Assembly: GCA_905331295.1 (NCBI GenBank)
Contig: CAJNYD010000322.1
Span: forward strand, 248,001 to 312,000
DNA length: 64,000 bases
Direction: 5' to 3'
Source of the DNA: Rotaria socialis
Taxonomy: Eukaryota
Part shown: one piece after another, positions 1-15,112 of the stretch
How the letters are laid out: each line of letters opens with the position of its first letter
How positions within the stretch are numbered: position 1 is the first letter of the stretch
The notes under the pieces: model-generated
Seen by the model: only the letters and a program-made list of their open reading frames with translations
Database searches by the model: none
Told to the model about the DNA's origin: nothing
Position numbers and translations under genes: made by a program

Positions 1-414
1 CAATATGAGAATCTACTTAAAATAAGATTTTAGTTCGGTTTGCAACACAATTGCGAGGGTTTTACTTAATTTTCATCTTTTTTTATTGTCCTTTTTTCTA
101 TTGATTCGTTTCAAACAAAAGCATGTAGAGAAGTCAAAAACGTTGAGGTCGTTTAAGTAAGATATTCATTTGAATCTTTTCTAAGCTCTTGGATCTTTGC
201 TTTTTTTGTCAGCTAGGAAGTGACTTAATCAGCATCATACCATTATTGGTTTCTCATTAGCTTCTTTTTATTTTAGTTTGGTTTTGCATGAAAAAAAACT
301 TCCTTGAAACCGAAACAGCAAGGACTTGCATATTTTTGAATAATATCTATAGACTTCTGGAGCACAAGACAGTGAGTCAATATCAAGAGTAAGCAATAGA
401 AAACCGATGCATTT

Positions 415-653
415 ACGACCGTAAACGATTCAAAATCCAGTTCGCAAGCAGCTACGGTAGTTCTTGTAAACGATCTGCATACGCTACCGCACACGGTACG
501 GAAAAATACGCTCGCATTACTGCCCATGTTACACGGGCAAATACGACACCGTCATGGGCCGTATTTTCATCGTAATCGGTCATTAGTGCACCGTATGGCC
601 ATCGTTTACCCCCTTAAACGACGCCGTAATGTCGTTCTTTTGATGAACCTGGA
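415..653. mobile_element. Degenerate fragment of a CCCAGG/CCTGGG-terminated non-autonomous DNA transposon
   Basis: GC-richer patch full of short ACG/CCGTA/TACGG motifs, ending in GAACCTGGA. This resembles the ..ACCTGGG ends of the elements at 1854-2871. No left end or TSD found. Confidence 0.35.
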
Positions 654-1443
654 TAAAATCATTCAGTCAGTAAAAGAGAAGCTTCTGTTTTTTTTTATTG
701 CAGATCCATCCTGTTCGTTTCAGTAATAATATTCAATGGTTACAAAAGCAATCAATTCATATTCAAAAATTTTCAAACAGTATTATTCAAAACCTCATTG
801 ATTCACCTACAGAAATTAATAATTGAAATGCATTGCAAAAAAATTTAATTATTAATGAAGAAATTTAATATCGAAGCAAAATCAACTCAGGTCCAAAAAA
901 ACAGCCCATAAACCGCCTCAAAACAATGCAAAATGTCAGAAAGTGGTGTCGTTATCCTTCAGCTGGGAAAATGTTTAAAATAGTGTTAAAGACGATAGCC
1001 GTTCCCTAGTCAAAGTACGGTCGATAAAACGGGCTGACGTACTACGGCGAAATAAGGTGAAAATTAATGCAGTATTTTACTGTTTTACAGCTGTTTCAGA
1101 CCTTTTACGAAACCGATTCAGATGATCGGAATGATCGCGTTGGAAAATCGCGAAAACTTTACCATAAAGAGAGTTACTTCTTAAATTTAACAACACAACG
1201 GTGACTATCGATGAATCTATGCAAAATTTTCTTAATAATATGCTGTATAAATAATCCTTTCTTTTTTTGCCTCTTGCCCATTTTATGAACATATGACATG
1301 AAACTTGTTTATACATTCAATAAAAACAAAGGTAAAGAAAAAATATATATACCAAAATACTGTTTTTCTCCTCTCTTTATGGTATTCTAATGAGATTTAT
1401 GCTTTTTTTGTAGTCAAAACGGAAGAAGAAAAACAAGAAATAA

Positions 1444-4400
1444 TCACAGTGATGATGAAGGACGTTGCTCATTTTTATAAGCATGAAGTAAACGTTTTTT
1501 CAATGGTACACTGTGACCTGATGATGGTAACGATAACAATTCATTTGATTGAGTTGATATAGTAGAATGTGATCGTTGCATTGGAATTTCATATGTATCT
1601 GGTCGATTATGAATCGTCTTAAAATAAAAGAAAGTAAAAGAACATATTCTAACGTAAGATAGAAAATGTCATAGACTAAGTTTTTTTACTTTAGAATAGG
1701 TCATAAATATGTCGTGTTTTTTCTTTCTTACTCTATATCTAATGTTTAGGTACTACTGAAAGTCTACTAAATATTTGTCTGCAAGACACAACTATTTTGG
1801 TTCACAAATGATCTTTGTTTTCATTTGGGTATGTTGCTTATTTTTCAATATAACCCAGGTCGAGCATCCCAGCCACCGGATCCCGTAGGATATTCCAGGA
1901 AATATGCGGGAAAGTCACCATATCCTGCAGGAAAACACGGGAAATCGCTGGAACATGGAAACAGTATTCCGGTAAAGAATACAACCGGACTTGATCGGAG
2001 AAAATTCGAAAATTTTCCAACCGAAATACAGCTTCCACAAAATCAAGGGAACTACCCGGAACCGGCCATTTCCAGGCCGGACTCTTCGACCTGAGAATCT
2101 CATTGATAGAAGCGTCCAGGAGAATAGTTCCGATAGTAGGATCCTATCGGATTCGTGTCGGAATCTTTATCGGATATATTATGGGTTTCATTAAACTGAG
2201 GAAATCTTATCGGTATCCGGGTGTGAAGCCTACAATCGGAACCTTAGTGTTGGAATCCGATAGGTTCCAGTGCCGAATTTTACCGGAATCCAACACCCAG
2301 GACAAACAATCAGATACTAAGATCTGATAAGAATCTGAATCTGATCTTGTATGATCTTACAAGATCATACGAAAATCATACAAAAAATCGTAGTCTCTGA
2401 GATCATATATCAAGTCGGACAGTCAGATTCTTGAAAGATCTTATTAATGTGTAGGATCTTTCAAGAATCTGACTGTCTGGCTTGATATAAAATGATCTTG
2501 TATGTATTTCATAAGATCTTATGTCAGATTTTTCAACCTGGGCATAAGCATTCTACTGATGTGTTCTGTTGACACCATATGCTTACTCAGGTCGAGCAAT
2601 CATATTGTAAGATCTTATCAGATCTTGCATCTGATCTTATGTGATCTTGCACGATCATACGAAAATCATACAAAAAATCGTAGTCCCTGAGATCTTAGAT
2701 CAGGTCGAACAATCAGGTTCTTCAAAGATCGTATTAATCTGTAAGATCTTTCAAGAATCTGATTGTGAGAGTGCGAGTTGATCTAAGATCTCAGAAACTA
2801 CGATTTTTTGTCAGATTCTTGTAAGATTTCGCCCGTATGCCAAGATCTTGTGTCAGACTTTTCGACCGGGGTATTCATTGGTGATGAAGAAAATGTTTTT
2901 TCCCGTCGAATCCGTTAGTAGGTGCGTGATCAGGAATCTGATCGAATTTTGTCGGCTGGTCGGATTCGATAGGATTCACTGTCGGATTCATTCACCTGGG
3001 AGGATCCATACGACAGTCCGAATTAAATGATTAGCATTTGTTCTAACTTAATGAGATAGATGAATTTGATGATGCATATATTAAAATAAGTAGCTGCTTT
3101 TATTAATCATTGCATATCAAATGATTTTGAAATTTGACATAGTTTAGATGTTCAATGGTATGATACAGAGGGTGTGGGTGTGGGACTATCCCACCAAATC
3201 CTGTCCCGGGACGGGACAAATCAATTTATTAAAACGTCCCGCGAAGCTTTTATCATGTATCGTTATCACCCATTGTTCTGCTATTATTCTAACTTTAGTT
3301 AACTTCAGCTCCTATTCTTAATATTCTATAATTTCTCTTATTTAATTTATCTATTTATCGATAATATATAGCGACTTTATCGAGGCACGTCCATGATTCT
3401 AATTAGTCCATCGAGTTCTTTCTCGATTGGTGCATTAACTTTAATTCAGTGGCGGCGGAGCCACTGAGACCCATGAGGCTTGAGCCTCACCTAGATTTTA
3501 CAAGATGAGGCTCAGCCTCACTTACTTTTGTATTGAATATTATTATTTTTTATTTTTGCATCAAAGCAGGAGCAAAAAAAGTTTTTTTTTGGTATTTTCC
3601 AATCATCTTTTTTTATACTGACCATGTTTATTTTTACTGCAGTTCAATGAAAAGAAGACTTATTTTCTGCTTGATGCGTTCATAAAATTCCACGGTAGAA
3701 AAAAATATTATGAGTCTCACCAAGCTTAATGACGCTCCGCCGCCCCTGCTTTAATTCGTCTTTGAAGAGAGCGTTAATCTGAATTAACTTTTCAACCAAC
3801 CCCGTGTCTTAATTCTGCATAAGTTTTCTAGTGTAGACAAAGCCAATTTCAGATGCTTTTTTAATTTTTTTGGTTGTAATTACATTTCAATTCTCGTTTG
3901 ATTAATATCATACTAATTAACTGTTCATTTTCACAAATACGCAATAAAATCATCTGATGTCTTCTCCTGAAATTGTATCACCAGTTCGTACAACTCGTGA
4001 TTTCAATTTATCTCTGCTCAATTCATCGATCTTTTCTCCTGATGATTCTAATGAACTCACATGTTCTCAAATTCAGTTGATGCTCGAAACGAAATCTAGT
4101 CAATATACTATTATAGATAATACAGGCAAGCATACATCTAACGGCTGGAATTTTTTTTGGTTTCCCCACTATCATTAATCATAATGGTGATATAATTTTT
4201 CTCGCATGGGTTACTCAACGAATGTAGCTCTTGTTAAATTTTTCTTTTTTTGTCAAATTATTGTGATGTAAATATAATATTTAAAAAGATCGATAGTAAA
4301 ATAAATTATTCATATGAAAAACATATAAACTAGCTGCACTTCTCCAACTGTACATAGAGGAAAAAAATTTACATACATATGACAGAACGGGACGGGACAA

Positions 4401-6289
4401 CTTTTTGGTTGTCCCGGGGAGCTCTGATAAGAACTTTTAATATTTATGTCTATCGGATACATTCTACAAAAAACAACTCCTAACAAACTTTTTTCTTTAA
4501 ATAAAGCAAAGAACAATCTTTTCATTCCTTCAGTTTTTAATGAAAGTACGAATCAGTTTTATCCTACTTTTTTTCAAGTTAAAAACTTATTTAATCAAGA
4601 GAATATTTCTCTTCCATGTAATATTTACTTTATTTTTCTGCAATGACGTCGGCATCGTATGATATGAAATAAAAGTCGGCGATGACACATTGGGCGACAA
4701 AGGTGAAGCAAGAGTTGGTAATGGTAATTCAGCTGACACAGGGTAACGACAACAATTGTATGATGAAGATGGTGATAAAGATGACGAGGAACAAGTTGTC
4801 GTAGATAGACGGTCATTATGAATTTGATAGTGTGCATAGGCGGATGAATGTATATTAAATTTATGATAAGTGAGTGAAGCCGGATTTGACATTGAACTGT
4901 TCATTGGTAATGAATACTGTTGTTGATTTTGATGCGATTGAAGATGACAATGTGATGATGCATCAAAGCGATACAAATCATTTTGATGATGAACAGAGCG
5001 ATGAATAGATGCCGGATTTAAAGATGTTTGTGAACAATCAAGTTCAAATGGATAACGTATAGTAAACGGCTCACTAGTCGAAGATTTATTTGTTGTTGGT
5101 GGTGGTGGTGGCGTCGATGCTGTTTGTTTTGGATTAAGTCTAAAAAATGTGTTTTTGTGAATGTAAAAATAGCCATTGGTGATTTAAATCTTGTGTAGTT
5201 ACCTTTTTCGTTTTAGCTTCGACTGTGATGATGAAGGAGAATTAGTAGGCGTGTTGCGAGCACTAGTGCGGTTCTGAAAAATACTCGGTGTTCTATCTAT
5301 CAAAAGTATTGAAATGATATTTTATTTTGTTTATTATTAAAATAAAAGACAAAATTTTACCATTTCTATTAAGTGTCGATGGTGAATGTTCAATATCAAG
5401 TTCTCGACGTATTAAATATTCGAAATCTTTTGAAAAACCTGGTGATGGTGGTCGTAATTTTGGAGCTGTCGTGGATGCATTATCATTTCGTTCTGAATAT
5501 GATTAACAAAAGAAATGATAGTAAATGACAATATATCTTTTTTTACCGTTATTCATTAGTAAAGATCTTGTAATAGAACTGCGTGAACGTTGAATTTCAG
5601 TATCAGCATTATTGTCACTATTAGTAGTTGTATTTTGACTTGATTGGCCATCAATTATTTGTTGATTAATTTCTATCAGAAATTAAAATAAAATAAAATA
5701 AATTCAACTGAAAATAGATTGTCAAACCTTCATATTGTTGATTATTCAATGGTTGACCACCAAGTAATTTTGCAATTGATGAAGTTCGACGACGTTGTTG
5801 TTCATGCGTATCTTTTGAAGAAGATTCTAAACACATTTCAATTGCATAAATATTTTAGGATAATATGTTTATGTGTTGAATTAACGGTAGTCTACCTAAG
5901 GTCGAAGATGGAGAGGATGGTGTTGTTTGGACATGATTTATTTGAGTAGAAGAAAGCATCGAATTTGATGGAATGTCACTTTTGTTTACTGTTATTTCGT
6001 TCGAGTTTGAATTATCATCTATGACGAGTAATGTAGAGCAGGATGGTGAAGATGATCGTGATGGCTAAGAAAGCAATCAAATAGAAAATCAAATGAAAAA
6101 TATAAGTCAAAGATCATTCTTTTTCTATATAATTGATATTAATACAAATAGAATAACACAGTAAAACATGTTAAGTTTTTGTTTTTTTTTACATACTTGA
6201 AAAGTAACAGATAGTGTAATTCCTTGTCGTGCTTGTGAAGTATCGTCGACGTCAACATTATTTATTTCGTCAGTATTTGACAAGTACAT
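1444..6289 (-). CDS. 8-exon gene for a 465-aa low-complexity Ser/Pro/Thr-rich protein of unknown family; possible corepressor-recruiting motifs
   Basis: Exons 6289-6197, 6064-5896, 5826-5728, 5672-5547, 5492-5361, 5296-5203, 5139-4629, 1617-1444. All introns GT-AG and phases close in frame (1398 nt). Begins MYLSNTDEINN and ends ..HSVPLKKRLLHAYKNEQRPSSSL*. The last intron (1618-4628) is 3 kb and TE-filled. Confidence 0.8.
1854..2095. mobile_element. MITE, CCCAGGTCGA-type TIR, 2-bp TSD (AA); CMC/EnSpm-like
   Basis: Starts CCCAGGTCGA and ends TCGACCTGAG; AA on both flanks; CCGG/GGAA-rich interior. Confidence 0.7.
2296..2542. mobile_element. MITE, CCCAGG..CCTGGG termini, 2-bp TSD (CA), internal hairpin
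   Basis: CCCAGG left end and CCTGGG right end; CA on both flanks. 35-bp inverted repeat 2406-2440 / 2455-2489 with 2 mismatches. GATC-rich. Confidence 0.7.
2586..2871. mobile_element. MITE of the same family as 2296-2542, 2-bp TSD (TA)
   Basis: CTCAGGTCGA..TCGACCGGGG termini; TA on both flanks. Shares GATCATACGAAAATCATACAAAAAATCGTAGTC with the 2296 copy. Largely palindromic interior. Confidence 0.75.
3166..4426 (+). mobile_element. Internally deleted hAT-like transposon carrying a transposase N-terminal remnant
   Basis: CAGAG..CTCTG ends with subterminal CGGGACGGGACAA blocks at both ends. ORF 3957-4178 ends ..IIDNTGKHTSNGWNFF, resembling the start of a BED finger (S-x-x-W-x-x-F). The TSD is not conserved (GTATGATA vs ATAAGAAC). 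Confidence 0.55.
3447..3748. mobile_element. hAT MITE (302 bp) nested in the 3166-4426 element
   Basis: 15-bp TIR CAGTGGCGGCGGAGC / GCTCCGCCGCCCCTG with 1 mismatch; perfect 8-bp TSD CTTTAATT. Confidence 0.92.
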
Positions 6290-6925
6290 ATTTTTGTATT
6301 AGTAAAAAATAATCTAAAAAGAAAAAATAGCAGACTTACTGTTATTTGATCAATATTTTTGTGTAGTTTTTTTCTCTTTCAAGTCGTTAGGTCTTAATAT
6401 AGAAGCTTTTTGAATTGAAGCATTCCGTTTCTTTTCTTTTGAGTACTTCCTATTTCTCCTCTATCTGTTTCAAGCAAGACTACATAATAATCATAATAAT
6501 ATCTTCTATATCAATGGAAAATTAGAATCAAAGGGATAAACTATATTCACATCTATTTATAAATATAAATAGACTAATGAGCAAACAAATATTATTAGTA
6601 GCTGAATATCAGATTTTTATTAATGCATGTAGATGCATACCGATAACAAATGCATTCATACACTTGATATTAAGAATAAAAACTGATAAAGGATATTTGC
6701 TTTTTTTCATAACGCAGAGTTAAGCAAACATACAGAAATACACACATGCGTAAGTTTGTAAATGAGAAGGTAAATTATTAGTTGCAATTACAATGGATAT
6801 ACTTTTTTTATTATTATTCGACTCTTCATCCTTTTTTCCTCTTCGACTCCTTCGTCTCGAGAAGCTGGATGGTATGAGCTCACAGGCTGATATATTTGTT
6901 GCACAATGAATAGACTCACTCACTT

Positions 6926-6967
6926 ACTGACTGACTGACTGACTGACTGACTGACTGACTGACTGAC
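6926..6967 (+). repeat. (ACTG)n microsatellite, ~10.5 units
   Basis: Perfect tetranucleotide run read directly. Confidence 0.95.
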
Positions 6968-7336
6968 GGTAGGAAGAAAGAAATGCGTATTAAAGAAAAA
7001 GCCCGAGAGAATAGAAAAAAAAGGAAGAGAAAGAAAAACAAGAAACAGAATGGACGGATACGAAAAGAGTGGATTGTGCGCAACCATGCAAGCAATAAGA
7101 AGAAAAAGAAAGACATTCGAACTCTTATGGATGTCATTTAGCACAAAAAAACAGACACAAAACACACGATCGTTTAGGTCGATAAGTATGGAATATATGA
7201 ATATCTATATATTCAGTAGAAAAAAATAAATGTGCCCAACGACAGAGCGGAGAAAACGTGACTAGAAAGTGCGCAAAAGAAAAAATGCGGAAAACAAAGA
7301 ACAAAAACATGCATATCAAAGATATATATATGTATA

Positions 7337-8149
7337 TGTTGTAGGCAAAATTGGAATTCAGGCAAATTCGGAATTTGCCTAGTCAAAATTAGAATTCTAA
7401 TTCTGCCCGGGCAAAATTAGAATCGGGCTAGAGATAAATTCTTAATAAGAAAATAATCAAAATTTAAGTGTTATAACTATATTTTATTCAACAAAATCTT
7501 TTTTTCTGAACATTTTACAATTAGAAGCCTAAACGCTTTACTCTATTCATCCATATTTTTACAACAACCTCGTTTTGAATGACATTTTGTCAAACAAAAA
7601 ACTCCATTTTTTTTACATGGACATTGTTTTGAAACGCATTTGCCTTTATAATCGCAAGTGCGACCACTTGTTGATGCACGATTTTCCCTTAGCTAATAAT
7701 AAACATTTAACAATATCATCATAAACACATTGTTTTATAACACTTTTCGCTCGAAATCTTTCACTCAAAGAATTATTATGTTTTTCTAATTCTTTATAAT
7801 AAAGTGATTCCGCACTTTTCACTTCGACAGTTGTTGAATCCGATTGAGACATTTTCTATAAGATTGTGTGAAGCACGTATCTCTATATTTATACTGTTTA
7901 TCGATACGTCAGGCTTTTATCACGATTTTCTCTTTTTTTCTCATCTACTGTACGTTTACTAAAACATGTGACTATATGAATTTATCTCTAGCTCGATTCT
8001 AATTTTGCCTAGGCAGAATTGGAATTCTGATTTTGCCCAAGAAAATGTTAGTCAGTATTAGAATTCTAATTTTGTCTAGTCAAAATTAGAATTCCAATTT
8101 TGCCCGGGCAAATTCGGAATTTGCCTAGATTCCAATTTTGCCTACAACA
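7337..8149 (-). mobile_element. Ginger-like (integrase-type) DNA transposon deletion derivative
   Basis: TGTTGTAGGCAAAATTGGAAT..ATTCCAATTTTGCCTACAACA termini, with ~100-170 bp terminal arrays of GGCAAAATTAGAATTC-type repeats and a 4-bp TSD (TATA). The minus strand keeps an N-terminal fragment (7852-~7680, MSQSDS..YDDIVKCLLL) joined out of frame to a Cys-rich C-terminus (KGKCVSKQCPCKKNGVFCLTKCHSKRGCCKN). Confidence 0.8.
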
Positions 8150-9089
8150 TATATATAGATGCTATTGATTATGCATAAATTCATTATTAAATTCAGCTAT
8201 AATAAAAAACAAATTAAATAGATAAATTTTTTATTACACGAAATACCACTACTTTTTGTTCAACCTTAATCATTTGTTTGTTAAAGTACCATTTTGATTC
8301 TTTTTTGTTTTGAATAGAAGAAAGAGAAACAGAATACAAAATTTCCTCATATTATTCTATATAAATAAATGCTTCATATAGTTCGAAACACCGAACATGT
8401 CATTTTTGAAATTAAAGATTAGTATCCATCAATTTTATCCTATTTTGACAGAAGTTTCAATGTTTATTTTTGATGATGATGATGATGCGTGATCCTGTGA
8501 GAGAATTACTATGGGCAATGTTTTCAGTGGAAAAGTAATTAAAAAAATACGTAGAAATACATTCATAATGAAATAATAAAGAGAAAAGGAACTCTTACAT
8601 AGACTGCTCTTTGTATGAGTCACATGAAAACAACTTATTAAATTAAAGTACTTGCAAACATATGATCATAGAATAAAAACGCAATGGAAATAGCATTTAA
8701 AAACTAGTATCAAATAATTTCTTTTACCAATTAATAGATTTGCAGAAATGATTGTGAGATGTCAAAAACTGCAGAAGATGAAATTAAAAAAAAAACTTTT
8801 ACGTTAACATTGATTAATTAATTCATAGAAAAACAAAAAAAAGTACTTTTCTCTGATATCATTATATAACGAACTCACTGGAAAAGTATTTTATCGTGTG
8901 TTATTTTTCGAATTTTAGTCGTTTAATAATCATCACGATTATTAAAGTATTCCTTCATACTGTCTTATTCATTATTCATGATGTCATTCCTTTCGAAAGA
9001 TCAGTTCTTACATGACAATAACTTTTATCATTAAGTTCGATTAAATGTATTAATCTAGCATGAATTTTGTTACTTTAATTATGTTCTAG

Positions 9090-11961
<2,872 letters not shown>

Positions 11962-12527
11962 AAAAAAATCTATATACAAAACATATATGAATGCGTATAT
12001 TTTTGTTTCTAAATTGTTATTGTTGTGACGTATTATTTGTGAAATAATAGGACATCTAAAAGTTCATACTGATTCGTCTATTAAATTCTTAGAACTGTTG
12101 TGGTAGAGGAGAACATTGACATTATGAGACTGTTGAAAAAACAAGATTTCCATCATAATACAAGGATCTTATAATCTGTTGTACAAAAAATATTGATAAG
12201 AAAGCATGAGCATCTATGTATAAAATAAAAAACAATTGTTCTTTTAGTACAAAACATCAACATCGTATAAAATGACTAGTTTGCGCGCTCTACTTCCAAA
12301 AGTAATAATATATAGACACGTAAACATTGCTCTCAATCATTGAATCTTTGATTTCTTTTCATAATAAATGCAGAAAACCATTTCTAATTTTCTTCCGTAT
12401 ATATAAGTTCAATATTTAATTAATTTGATTTTCTAGTACTATAGATAAAAACATAAAGTCAATAGGAATTTAGAAATTTTTTTCAATGGAAGTGCTTTGC
12501 CTAAGAAGCGTACTTTAGAATTGTTTA

Positions 12528-12866
12528 TCATACATAAAATGTAGTCAGCGATAAACTTAAATAATTTGTGTTGAGATAAATTAACTGTTTCTTCAAGTCT
12601 TCACAAACTCGAAATATTTCATATGGATCAAGAAAACTTGTTTTGTATAAATGAACCAATAGAGTTAAATGTCTAATTTTGCCTGTAGCCAAAAATAAAT
12701 TGGAAGATGTTCGTCTGATCATGTCTAATAGTTCATCATTATCAATCATTGCAATTCGATCATTAAATATGAGATCATATAACGAGAAAATTCTAAATTT
12801 TTTTAGTTGGATTAGTTTCTTTATATCAAAATAATTCTTCTCACAAGATTTTCTAAAATTTTCCAT
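12528..12866 (-). other. Isolated 112-codon ORF, possible exon or gene remnant of unknown family
   Basis: Protein-like composition, but no recognisable motif and no complete exon chain. Confidence 0.25.
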
Positions 12867-13885
12867 TACACTTAAAAAGAATCATTCAATGGTTCTTTAA
12901 AAGCAACTATTAAAGTGCATAATAAAAAAAGTCTACGTTGCTTTCAATAAGTAATGAAAATAGTGTTCTTGGTTCATTTTTCAAAAAGAAAACATCAATT
13001 TAAACTATGATGGAAAGAATAGTGTAAATAAAAAGTGACTAACGTAAGAGAATATTTATTATAATCCAGATAAAAATGGTTGATAAGAAAACGAATTATT
13101 TATTGTTATATTATTGATATACTTTAAAAAGAAAAGAAATTTTAATTCAATTAAGTGTAACTCGTCTATTTCTTTCACGATCGTTGTTATTTCTTTTCTT
13201 TTCATCGAAACATTTCAATAGTTAACCTACACATCATATACAAAAATAAACTTGTGCTAAACTGAGTTGCCTAAGGAGCGATCGAATTGATATTAATTGG
13301 CAAAAATCGTTAATTTCTCAACTGTAGATGATAGAAAATTAGTGCAGCAAATGCATTTATTGTATTTTCTACTGGTAAAAGTATCTTGTTAAGTCTTTTT
13401 CTACAATAGTTGACGTTATTATTCTTGAATCATATTTTAAAAGAATAATTAACAGTTCGAATGCACCCGATAGATGTCTACGGACACTGAAAACATCCAC
13501 ATTTTTTTCCATAGATATAGATCTGTTTGTTTTGACTTAGCTTAGTATGTGTGTGTAGTAGTATTAATTATTTGATTTTTTGTTGGACGACGCTTATCAA
13601 TATAGGGGGCAGAGTACGCCACATCAATTGCATTTTATATGTTGATAATATTTTTAACCTCTACATATCACCTAACAAGCATTATCTAGCTGTTTGAATT
13701 ATAGGGCAGAACACGAAAAAAAAGAAAATGAAAGCAACAGTGGTTAATATTACAAGGGCAATAATCATAAAGAGGCCGCTTCAGTATTTTGTTGATGTAG
13801 AAATAGAAAAAAGAAAACTTAAAGACAACGTTTTTCTCACTTGCGCTTTTTTTTTGTTTTTTTAGGTGTTCTTCTTACTTTGCTT

Positions 13886-15112
13886 ATGTCGACTACAGAT
13901 AAAAGCCCGAAAGAGCTCATGGAATATCGAACTTTAGGCCGAACAGGTCTTAAAGTTAGTTTATTATCATATGGAGCATGGGTAAGATTGCCAAAAAGAA
14001 ACTACCACTGAAAAGTGGAAGTATTAAGAACGAAATATTTATGTACCTAGGTTACATTTGGTGAACAACTTGATATAAATGAAGCATATAATTGTATGAA
14101 ATTTGCTTATGATAATGGTTGTAATTTTTTTGATAATGCCGAAGTATATACTGGTGGTAAGGCTGAAACAGTTATGGGTCAAATACTTAAAAGAATGTTC
14201 GAACAAGATGGTATTCAGCGAAGCGATTTAGTAATATCTACGAAGATTTTTTGGGGTACACCGTATTATCACAAAGAAGTTAATAAAGCAAATCTAAAAG
14301 GCTTATCACGCAAACGAATAATTGAAGGCACACGCGGAAGTTTGAAACGGCTAGATCTTGAATATGTTGATATTATTTTTGCACATCGTCCTGATGCACA
14401 CACACCAATGGATGAAATCGTTCGAGCATTCAATTGGATTATTGATCAAGGTTATGCTTTCTATTGGGGAACATCAGAATGGTCGTCTGAAGAAATTCAA
14501 GAAGCATGGCAAATTGCAGACAAATTAAATTTAATAGGGCCATGTGCTGAACAACCACAATGTAAATAACTTCTAAAATATTCACAGAATAACTTAATTA
14601 GTTTTCTTCTAGATAATATGCTACATCGTACTCGATTTGAAGTTGAATATGCTCGCCTTTATAAACCTCCCATTGGTTATGGTACAACTATATGGTCACC
14701 ATTAGCATCGGGTCTTTTGACAGGAAAATATGCCAATAAACAATTTGAAGGTGGTAATAATCGTTTAGGTTTGACAGGAAATTTATCATGGCTTCGACAA
14801 CAATTTGAATCTGGTGACGGTCTTAATGGTCTTGAAGAAAAAAATGTTGATCGTATATTAGGAATAGTTGAAAACTTAAGGCCAATCGCTGAAAAACTAG
14901 GTGCGACATTAGCACAATTAGCTCTTGCATGGGCGGCTAAAAATCCTAATGTAAGCACAGTAATTACTGGTGCAAGTCGTTCAAGTCAAGTAACAGAAAA
15001 TTTCAAAGCATTAACAATTCTGCCAAAATTAACACCTGATATTATGGAAGAAATAGAACAAGTTTTAAAAAATCAGCCAAAACAACCCAGAGATTGGAGA
15101 TTGATGAACTAA
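13886..15112 (+). CDS. Aldo-keto reductase of the Kv-beta/AKR6-like (KAB1-type) group, 3 exons
   Basis: Exons 13886-13981, 14051-14561, 14613-15112. Motifs [76 protein letters not shown]. Confidence 0.93.

Noticed and set aside
2296..2871. Repeated GATC blocks as a CRISPR-like array
   Set aside because: No constant repeat with unique spacers; explained by two related palindromic MITEs; eukaryotic context with no cas genes.
1825..3030. Many overlapping short ORFs
   Set aside because: By-products of GC-richer MITE sequence; no protein motifs.
3170..3184. GGG-TGTGGG-TGTGGG, resembling the Adineta telomeric repeat
   Set aside because: Only two units, and they lie inside a transposon end; not evidence of a telomere or healing site.
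6720..7319. ORFs with SQSV repeats and Phe-rich stretches
   Set aside because: Translations of the ACTG microsatellite and purine-rich non-coding DNA.
8400..9089. Upstream DHFR exon making a bifunctional DHFR-TS
   Set aside because: No DHFR motifs seen upstream of TS.
14677..14958. 93-aa minus-strand ORF
   Set aside because: Antisense shadow of the AKR exon.
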